From the human T2T-CHM13v2.0 reference genome, Homo sapiens: 64,000 nucleotides of DNA. Both the position numbers and the translations under genes were made by a program. Below are positions 53,505 through 64,000 of the stretch, piece by piece; position 1 is the first letter of the stretch; every line of letters starts with the position of its first letter. The notes beneath the pieces were generated by a model, which made no database searches, was not told the origin of the DNA, and was given only the letters and a program-made list of their open reading frames with translations. Location: the NCBI RefSeq assembly GCF_009914755.1, contig NC_060927.1; one strand, given 5' to 3'.

Positions 53505-54879
53505 AGTTATGGTTCTTAATACAAGAGAAATCATCAAATAGGAAGGTATATCAGAATTTGGGAGACAGAGCAAGATTCAGATTCCCCATCCTTAGGAAGC
53601 AAATGTTCCCTCCCATGACTGAGGATCACCATTGTACAGAGGGGGAAGGGAACCTGCAACCAGAACAAAAACATAATGAGATCTACCATTGAGAAAAACT
53701 ATTTTGAGATTATATACTACACATCCCTACTTGGGAATACTATGAAGCTTTAAAAATAGAACAAGTGGATTTGTGTGAGCACATGGATCTATGTGCTCAC
53801 ATGGAGCTAAATTCAAAAAGAAAAAGTCAAGGTGCTGAATAATATGTATCATATGAATATTCTGGCACAGGGATTAGGGAGTCCAAATGATAAATAAGAT
53901 CTAACCAGAATAAGAAGAGCTGATTCCAGAGATAACCATCTAGGAAGAATCAACAACACCTGTTAGATGTTACAGATAAAGGAGAGGAAGGCATCTAGAA
54001 TGCCTTGTTTTTTAATCCTAAAAAAGGCAAAGAGATCCCTTTTCTATTCTGCTAGTTGCTTATCAACCTATTTAATTTAAAACTACTTTGAATCAATTTA
54101 TTACAAATTCCATATTAGTGGTATTTGTAGTAGTGCACTTTGACATATGAACAGCTAAAGAAATTTATTAACAGTGGATGAATTGACAGGAAAACACAGC
54201 CTTTCATTCTTCAGGAAAACATGCAAACAAATACTACCAACCAGGGACAGACAATTCAAACCTCAAACTTACATTTGCTCCAATATTACCTGAGGAATTT
54301 TTTTCTTACATACCAGTATTTTTAGTCCTTCCTAACTTAAATCCAGGATAAGCTCTTTCTGCCATCAATTTAGAACTCTTCATTTCCAGTACTCTCATTC
54401 TCAGTCATTAAACCTTTCAATATATAAATTATACAATTATACTTTAATACTTGAAAAAAACCTAGTTACACATGGCAAGACAAACCACTGAGAATTTGGG
54501 CCCACAGAATTATACTGCCTTCCTTTGGCGGAGGGACAAATAGTGATGATATATGACAGTTTCCTGAGAAAATGTCACTAACATTTATTTAATAATGCAA
54601 TCTCCTTACACTTTACCTGTGTCAGGCAATATTTACAATTTTTCCAATCTCCACATAACAAAGAAAGCCCAAGCAACTACAAAATACCTAACTAGTATTT
54701 CTTTCCCCAACATGATTTTCATTTCTGTGTTCTGTAAATAAGAAAATAATTAATTAAAAGCCATAGTACTAATAAAAATGCAAAAAGAGAAAGAAACTAA
54801 AATCTTGATCAAGGAGTGGATTAGAACTTTTATAATGCTTATAGAAGAGACTCCACTGGTTGCAAATCCAACATCCATT

Positions 54880-55390
54880 TTTACCTTTCCCCTCCCATAA
54901 CTCAGGAGAAGCTGACCTACCCAGTCTCCCTCAAGTACCTGAGCTAGATCCTGAACCAAATGCTATAATACCATCCTTCCTGCAAGTAAGTGCTTCAGAA
55001 ACTCAGACTTAATTAAACCAAACAGCACATGGTGATTGTTACTGGTCCAGAGATAACATATGATCTAAATGGGGCCAATAAAACTGAAGGAAACAACTTT
55101 TAGTCTCCAATAATGAGAAAAATTCTTGTTTCCCTACTGGAACTGAAGAATGTTTGTTGTTCTAGCTATGGACAGTAGCTATCCTATAAACATGAAGGAA
55201 ACCAGCCTGAAGATAAATTTAAAAAGACAGGTAAGTCAGGCTGATAACCTTGCTCATATAGTGCTTGGAGATAAAGCCCTAGAAGCTCCCCTACCTATAG
55301 TTTCCATTGTAGGGAAAAAATAAACTTCATTCTGGAATAAGGCAGACTATTTGGGAGTTTCTGTTATTAAAAGGCAGAACCACCATAATT
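54880..55390 (+). mobile_element. Very old MaLR/ERVL LTR-like fragment
   Basis: End resembling MLT1K/L: 'aataaacttcatt...gggagtttctgtta'. Confidence 0.4.
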
Positions 55391-55940
55391 TTTAGTATTT
55401 TTAAATAGTCTCTCAAAAATAAGTACCTATATGAAAGCTATTTGAAACCTGGAAATAGCTTTAATAAACAACATTTTATAAACAAATTACAATCTTTAGA
55501 AGGCTAACGTAAGCTTTCTTAATCCACTAAAAGCTCAGTCACAAAAATCTACATGACCACTTAATAGACAAATAAATAACATGTATAAGCTAGTTTAATC
55601 TGATTGCATAAAAATATTTATAATACATTTCTGAATAAAGAAAAATTGAATTATAACCCAAGGGTGGGTTAATTTGTACAAATTTTGAATAATGTTGCAT
55701 ACATTTCCCAAACAGATGCTAAGAGACTCTACAAGGACACTCCGCTCAATCAGAAGCCAGATTAAAGTCCCATCTGGAGTCTAATGGCTCCATGGTTCCA
55801 TTACAATTACCTAAGTCACCAAAAGTGAGACTTAATGGTTATACATCACAGAATCTTCGAAGTATATACAGTCTTATCCCCAAAACCAGAAAATCAAGTC
55901 AAAAAATAATTTTGTGTGTGTACACACAGACACAAGAGAT

Positions 55941-55992
55941 TTGGTAGACATCCAAATGCTTCTGTATTGGTAGATATCCAAATGCTGCTGTA
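55941..55992. repeat. 26-bp tandem duplication
   Basis: ttggtagacatccaaatgcttctgta / ttggtagatatccaaatgctgctgta. Confidence 0.92.
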
Positions 55993-56047
55993 TTTGTTCA
56001 CGGACATTGAACTTTTTCTATATGATTTTTCCCTAGTTATTCATTAG

Positions 56048-56343
<296 letters not shown>

Positions 56344-56404
56344 AGCATCTTCTTAAAAGTGTTTTTGGACACAGTTGCTAGGATAGTGCATCACCTTCAT
56401 TTGA

Positions 56405-56738
<334 letters not shown>

Positions 56739-57285
56739 CACTTTCTCCTTTAACACCAGCCTTGAGAGTAACTCAGATACCTGGAATTATCTCTTTCATA
56801 TTTATCTTCTCAGATCCTATCACAGACATTATTTCTCATTAAATCAGGAAAACTGAGTTAAGCCATTTTATCTCCTAATTTTCATGGCTAGAAGTTGTCA
56901 CAGTGCCAAAGAAGTTTAGAGGAGGAGGTTACCTGGAAAGCCTTTGAATATCAGCAACCAGACCAATGCTATTAAAAGTATAGTCTGATTTCACTGCCTG
57001 ACCATGAACTGTTTAAAATATTTTACAGCAATTTGACAGAGTAATGAGCCAATATTTTATGTATTTGATTTTTTTCTCTAGAGTAGGATAGGGTCCCGAA
57101 TGTGAAGGCTGAATTCCACTTGAAAATGTCTGCTGACCTAAGAAAGTGCTTTGCTTTACTCTTTTAATTTGAATGCCTTTAGATAGAACCCAAGCCCTCT
57201 GATTAGCTAAAGTGCTAAGTTATTTGCAACTGTTATCTGGTCAGTCCCAGAAGGCATCTGAGTGTCCAATTAAAGATCCACTGGA

Positions 57286-57532
57286 CAAGTGTTTCTCAAA
57301 TTGTAACACCCCTTAATAGGTAAGGAAAGCAATTTAGTGAGTTTTTTTTTAAATAATATCTGGCACTGCATGGCATGATATGTATGGCATGACACACAAA
57401 AAGTAGAAACACAGTATGTGTATATACACACATACATATACTTGTATGTGTTTATGTACATGAGTGTCCGTGGTTGTGATTTAAATTTTCTTACTGGGGT
57501 TCATGGGCAAAAAAATGGAATGAACAGCACTG
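57286..57532. mobile_element. hAT-Charlie MITE fragment
   Basis: 'caagtgtttctcaaa' start and '...cagcactg' end. Confidence 0.45.
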
Positions 57533-57699
57533 TACCAGACCAGTATCTTCATTTCACAGATGCAGAAGCTGAGACTCAAGGTCGCAGTCAGCTGCAAGCA
57601 GTTCCAGTGTGCTTTCCTTTACATTCATGATTGTAATTTTGTATGTACAATGAGGTCTGCAAAGCCAATACATAGAAAATACAGAATATAAGCCCCAAA

Positions 57700-58560
57700 A
57701 CTGATAATTTTAAAATCCTAGATCAATTAAAACTTTATGAGGTATTTTTTAAGTTTTAAATACTAAAGATGAAAATTTTTATGTAGAACAATATATATTT
57801 GATTACATAAAAATTTAAAATGGTTATATGACCCAAAAATAAAACAAATGCAAACAAATAAAACCAAATTCCTCAACTCACTAGTTTAAAAAAAAATCAA
57901 ACACAGAAAAAAAATACTGACGACATACTACAAAAGACTGATCTTAATATATAATATAGTAATTAAATATGAGAAAACTACCTGAGTAACAGGTAAATGG
58001 TATTAAGAAGTGAATTATAAAATAAATATAAATGGTCAATAGCATTAAAAACGGGTACATTACAACAAGAAACTACTTTTCTCTTATAAAATTAGCAGAG
58101 ATGTTTTCTTTTTAAGTATTAATACGAGTATTGATGTAAAAAATCCAGGAATCAAAATTGCTGGTGGAAATGAAACTTGTAAAGTTTGGCAGTAAGTATC
58201 AAGAGACTTGTAATTACCCTTCTAACCAGTAAGTCCATTTCTGGAATTTAGCCTATGGAAATAATGAGGGATATACACAAACATTATTAAAAAGTAGTTT
58301 GACTGTAGTAGTATATGTAACAGTGGAAAATTCTAATAACCCAAATAGTCATCTATGGGAACTGGTTAAAAAATATATAGTACATCTATATAATAACAGA
58401 ATGTTATGCAACTATTAAAAGAGATGATATAGGCTTATATTTTCTGCTCACAATATACTATTAAATGAAAAAGTAATAGATGCAAAAAAAATCCCATTTT
58501 TCATATAAAAAACTTATAAAACACAAGTAATCCATTCTTACAACAACCCAACATCTTTCG
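57700..58560 (+). mobile_element. Ancient L1ME fragments
   Basis: 'ttgctggtggaaatgaaac', 'gtttggcagtaagtatc', 'catttctggaattta'. Confidence 0.6.
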
Positions 58561-58565
58561 AATAA

Positions 58566-58924
<359 letters not shown>

Positions 58925-59307
58925 AGAAAATGATTTTTAGAGATACCTAATATAATGTATTAAAAAATGCAAACATTCTTAAAACAGATCTCGATACCAA
59001 AGGCCATTTTTCAACAGTAACACTGAATATTCAATTGCATGGATAAAGTTAAATTTTACAAAAGAATTACAGATGCTGATGGTATGGATACAAATTCTTT
59101 TCACTTCTTTTGCATTCTGATGGGGAGGGAGAGAGGGACAGACAAAAAGAGAGGCAGAGCGAGACGAAGAGGACAATTTGCATTTCAGCTTTCTTCTCAT
59201 CCCAAAAATGATTTAGTATAAGACACCACTCAAAACAAAGCGAACACATTATAGGACAAAAGAAAACAATTCAAGAAACAAGGCTAGAAGAACAGAACAC
59301 TACCACT

Positions 59308-59720
59308 GTACCAGTTAAGGCTCTTGAATATAAACAACAGACATATATTCTAGTGAATCTAAGTCAAAAAGGAATTTATTGGCTAGGTACTAGATAGTTC
59401 ACAACACTAAGACAAGGTTGGAAAATCCAGCTTGGACAGGAATCAAGGAAGGCAAATCACAGAAGAATGTTTGCCTCCACAGCCTTGAATGAAGACTGGA
59501 ACTTATGTTACTGAATCAAAGGTTACAGGCTCTTTTAGAATTTGTCTACCAGGCTTTCTGGTTTTTACCGGAAAGCCCCGCTATTTAAAAAAAAAAAAAA
59601 AAAAAAAAAAAGGAAGAAGAAAGGAAAAAAAAAACGGTTAAGGCCAGGAGGAAGCATCTCAGTGGCAGGTCTTAGCCTCATGCCCATGGTCTTTCTAGCT
59701 GTCAAGGTGCAACTCTTAAA
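59308..59720 (-). mobile_element. Old MaLR/ERVL LTR-like fragment
   Basis: 'aagtcaaaaaggaatttattgg' resembles a reverse LTR end. Confidence 0.4.
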
Positions 59721-59919
59721 CTACAGAAGGGCCTTGTGCTAGCCTTTAGGCTTCCTTAATCTTGAGAGGTGAGAAGCAGCCTCCTACTTAACCTAGAAAG
59801 GGGCCTAGTAAGGCCCCAGGCAATGAAAACCACATGTCCTCTTGGAAGACCAACTCTTTGTAGTAGAACTGAAGTGTCTTTACTTTGACTCAGTGTCTCG
59901 CTCATATCTTTATAAAAGT

Positions 59920-60538
59920 TTGCAAACTGAAAGTTGATAAAAATTACTGCAAATCTCTTTAACATCATTTTATTAGATTTGTTTGGTACCACTTCCAGTG
60001 TATTTCCAAGGCAAAAACGTACTCTTCCTAAAGTAATTCTATCAACCAACAGTAGACTGAGTAATTTGGATGGGGTCTAGCAAGTTTCTTAATACACTAT
60101 AAGTATTGCCTCTTGCTTTATATTCTATCCGTCTGCTAATTTGGTTTCTTGCTTGCCTTTTTTGCTGCAGCTGTGCACCGGGTTAACTGTTTCAATGGTT
60201 TTCCTACAATAACTCACAAATTTTTTCCTGATCAGTGTGCTGTATGATTGGTTCTTTGTTCCTAAGATAATTATTTTACATTTGTCTACACTGAACTGCA
60301 TTTGCCATCTGCTGGCCCAATCACCTAAACAATCCAAATCTTTTTGAATCTGATTGCATTGTTCCTCATTATTTCCCCTAGCTCCAATTTTAGGATCATC
60401 TGCAAACTCTTGAGATCTTTTCTTTAAAGCTTGGACACATTTTATTTTAATATAGAGGGTCTTTTGTGTGTGTGACCCTTTAGACACTCCAGCTGAAATC
60501 CTTTTCCAACTAGAAAAGTTTCCAAAAAGCTTATCCAA
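59920..60538 (-). mobile_element. CR1/L3-clade LINE reverse-transcriptase remnant
   Basis: FSSWKRISAGVSKGS...FADDPKIG...IQKDLDCLGDWASRWQMQFSVDKCKIIILG; in shifted frames CTAAAKKA, ARPHPNY and LEVV, colinear with CR1 ORF2. Confidence 0.88.
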
Positions 60539-61340
60539 AGGTACCTTCCAATTATGCAGTCAAAGTGCTGCTAGAAACAAAGCTAAATAGAACACATTCT
60601 ATTTCATCTTTCTATACATTGCCATGTTTTTAAAAGTATTATGTCTTCTAAGTTCATCTCTTCAAAGTATAAATATTTTTAGGGAAGGCAATAATTCTAT
60701 TTTCTAATTTGAAAATTCATGGCAATTGTTTTTGCAGTAACTTTCCTAAACTACACATGACAAATTTTTCAGCAACTCCCTATACATAAAGTATTTCCTT
60801 TACTCATAAAAATACGTATTGAGCACACATTAGTAATTAGCATTAGATACACTGCAGTCTTATGACCTTGGTCCAATTATTTATCTCCCAAAACTTCTGT
60901 TTCCTACTGACAAAGAAGATTTTAGAAGATAACTTCTAAGCACCCATCCACCTCTAGCATTCTGAATTACCTTTTATCTATAAAGTAACATACTAGAATC
61001 ACCATTTCTAAAATTTTTCTCCTTCAGATTTCCCAAGCATCATTTAATTATAAGCACTCAAATAATTCATTAATTTTTGCAACATTTTAGAACTGCAATA
61101 TTGTATATTGATACTTATTTAGCAGTATTTACCCTTCAAGTTAGACTTGAAAAGTCTGAACATAGTAAATCTCCATTACTTATTAAGTAGGACACCGAGT
61201 ACATGTTTAGATTTGGAAGAATTGTTGCTCCATAAACTTCAGTGATTTCTTAGTAAAATCAATTTTCACAAAAGCCCTACCTGTGTAACGATCTTATATA
61301 GGAGTTAAGATCTAATTTAAGAACCAACGGTTCTCTCAAA

Positions 61341-62439
61341 AGAAAGAAGTGCTGATTCTGGGTGGAATGACTTTCATTATAAGGTAGGATATTAAAATCC
61401 ACCAAGAAAAATTATTTTTAATAATTCCAAAATAGTAACATTATAACAATTACTAGTATTAGATCTTTCGTGTTTTTGTGGAAGAACCCTCTAACAACTG
61501 ATTAGTCTGAATTTTTTTTCATTTATTCACTCAACAGTTAGTGAATGTTAGAAAAATATAAAAATGAATACAAGACAGTGTGAGATGTACATATGTTGCT
61601 ACAAAAAATCATTGTAGAAGTACAGTCAGCTACACAGAAGTTAGGAAGAGGAAGAATTTACTTCTAGCTGCTGGATGAAAAGCTTTGTAAATGAGATGCA
61701 TTTGAACTCTCAAATATTATGATGTGTTTTAAAAACAAGCCTACTAAGCTATGAATATTACCACAAAAAGACAAATATAAAGCACTAAGCAGCAAAATAC
61801 TTCGAGCAACTGAACTAACCAAATGAAATGCTATAGGTCAAAAGCCTCTAACTTATAAAAATGAAGTCAGTAACAAGTATTTAATTTCTAAAGAGCTAAA
61901 GGACTCACTTAAAAAAACATAATTTATTAAGCCCTTTATTTTAGAAAGAACCACTGATTTTCAACGCAATTACTTTTGTTATAAGGTAGGATTGGAGAAT
62001 CCACTAAGAAAAAATTTTTTTTCTTTTTCTTTTTTCTTTTTTTAATGAGACGGGAGTCCAGACTGGAGAGCAGTGGCACAATCATGGCTGCAGCCTTGAC
62101 CTCCCAGGCTCAAGTGATCCTCCAACCTCAGTCTTCCAAGTAGCTGGGACTACAAGCATGCACCACCGCACCTGGCTAATTTTTGTATTTTTTGTAGTGA
62201 TGGAGTTTCGCCATGTTGCCCAGGCTGGTCTCAAACTCGTGGGCTCAAGCTATCTACCCGCCTCAACCTCCCATAGTGCTGGGATTACAAGCATGAGCCA
62301 CGGTGCCCAGCCAGGAAAATTATTTTTAATAATTCCAAAATAGCAAGTTTATAACAAGTATTAAGTTTTTGTCTTTCAAAAGACAAAACCTTTTTGTGGA
62401 AGAACCCTCTAACAACTGATTAGTCTGATTTTTTTTTCA
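61341..62439. repeat. Dispersed direct duplication (~180 bp): 61341-61521 and 61943-62439, second copy split by an Alu
   Basis: Shared ttataaggtaggat, aaaattatttttaataattccaaaatag and a 38-nt identical block. Confidence 0.9.
62015..62312 (-). mobile_element. Alu (AluJ-like)
   Basis: Reverse dimer with J-type diagnostics. Confidence 0.92.
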
Positions 62440-62639
62440 AACACTTATGAAATGATACATGTTGTCTCCAGGAATATTTAATTTGTATTTTAAGATTAAC
62501 GCATTTAATAAAACCATAAACAACCACTGACTTTTATTTCAAACAGGTCCCCATTTACTAAAACCTTGACCTTTGACTGTGTTATATTCTATTAAAAGTA
62601 ACAACATTCTACATATGATTTAATTCTCCCTGTAATCTA

Positions 62640-62754
62640 ATAAAGGCATTCCACTAAATATATATATATTTTTAATTTCACTTAAAAATATATATAAAGG
62701 CATTTCACTTAAAAATATATATATATATTTAAGATATATATATATATCTTAAAT
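62640..62754. repeat. (TA)n-containing direct repeats and a perfect 28-bp palindrome
   Basis: atttaagatatatatatatatcttaaat at 62727-62754. Confidence 0.88.
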
Positions 62755-63179
62755 CTCCCACATATTCAGAGCATAGGGAAAGAAATGTGTATGAGCTGAG
62801 AAAGGAGGAAATAAAAGCACTAGAGGAATGGGGGGGTGGCTACAGGGAGGGAAGAAAAGTGTTTTAATAAACATTTCCATAACTTAATACCCGCTTAGAT
62901 TTTCAAAATTCTAGTTTGATTTTTTTACTGTTTGATTTTATACTCTGTGCTATAGCTTATATTTGAATTACTAGTATCCCATAACCTGAAATTAAACTCA
63001 ACTAAATCTCTTGAGGTGTATAACAAGCTATACAGAATTACTAAAGTAATAAATAATTATGTTTCATTTAGTCTGTTAACTACCCTAAAGGATGGAATTT
63101 TACTAATATAATCTATTAATATTGTTTCATAGACTATCACTAGTTTTCAATTTGATAAAGCTAGAAGGGAGGCAATATG

Positions 63180-63390
63180 CAGGGGTTTCAAACTGGCATC
63201 CATAGGCCACTTCCAGTGAGCAAACAATTCATTCTGCGTAAACTGCCAAGATTTTTTAAACTGGACATTTCACATAAAAATTTAGATTTTTAACTTACCT
63301 CAAAAAAAAAATCACTAGATTCATAGTTCTGGTCCCACTGCTGTCAATGCTCCCCAGCTGCCCACTAGACAACTTTCCTCCCCACTTTCT
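63180..63390. mobile_element. hAT MITE (MER102/MER58-like)
   Basis: 'caggggtttcaaactggcatccataggcca', 'catttcacataaaaatttagattt'. Confidence 0.6.
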
Positions 63391-63429
63391 GTGGCTTACG
63401 AAGTTCCACAGGAAGTAGGGTTTGTAATC

Positions 63430-63985
63430 CCTAAATAGAGTGTGGAGGCAGTCAGATCCTGACTCGAATCCCAGCTCCCCCACCTCCAAGTTGCACAACC
63501 CAGGGCAAGTAGTTTACCCTCTTTAAGTTTCAATTTCACCATCATGACTGATACTGTTTGGTTCTGTGTCCCCACCCAAATCTCACCTTGAATTGTAGTT
63601 CCCATAATCCCCATGTGTCATGGGAGGGACCCAGTGGGAGGTAATTTAATCATGGGGGTGGTTACCCTCATACTGTTCTCATGATAGTAAGTGAGTTCTC
63701 ATCAGGTCTGATTATTTTTAAAAGGTAGTTTCCCCCTTTTGCTCAGCACTTCTCCTTCCCGCCACCATGTGAAGAAGGACGAGTTTGCTTCCCCTTCCAC
63801 CATGATTGTAAGTTTCCTGAGGCCTTCCCAGCCCTGTGGAACTAGGAGTAAATTAAACCTCTTTCCCTTATAAATTACCCAGTCTCAGGCAGTTCTTTAT
63901 AGCAGCATGAGAATGGACTAATACAACGACAAAGAAGATAATAATCATTTATAATTCAGGGGTTAAAAGTGAAATAATATATATA
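63430..63985 (+). mobile_element. MIR split by THE1 LTR
   Basis: 'tcgaatcccagctc...gggcaagtagtttaccctct'; resumes after 63930. Confidence 0.65.
63549..63925 (+). mobile_element. THE1 (C/D-like) MaLR solo LTR
   Basis: TG...CA termini, 377 bp, 5-bp TSD atgac/acgac. Confidence 0.94.
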
Positions 63986-64000
63986 GTACAAAATACAAAA

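Noticed and set aside
63294-63300. Consensus minus-strand donor AG|GTAAGT
   Set aside because: Lies inside a hAT MITE with no convincing upstream acceptor; expected by chance in 64 kb.

Overview
AT-rich primate (very likely human) DNA dominated by interspersed repeats, most consistent with the interior of large introns of a gene transcribed on the minus strand. The evidence is a 65-nt exon with strong splice signals at 18396-18460, an A-rich plus strand, and most L1/LTR copies lying on +, i.e. antisense to the inferred gene. I cannot name the gene. No intact protein-coding gene is present; most ORFs in the track are Alu, L1, Tigger or CR1 translations or chance ORFs. Contents include about 20 Alus, a full-length ~6.15 kb but disabled L1PA (minus), a 5'-inverted young L1PA, a full-length Tigger1, older L1M/L2/MIR fragments, hAT/Tigger MITEs, MaLR LTRs, a tailless U2 pseudogene and a well-preserved CR1 reverse-transcriptase remnant. 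I cannot support a novel multi-gene system. The best leads are the CR1 remnant with an open RT frame, the exon with a strong-Kozak ATG, an Alu flanked by inverted rather than direct repeats, a twin-primed L1 with a ~2 kb gap, and an old local duplication with a 38-nt identical core. Subfamily calls are from visual recognition, not database searches, and ends of old repeats are approximate.
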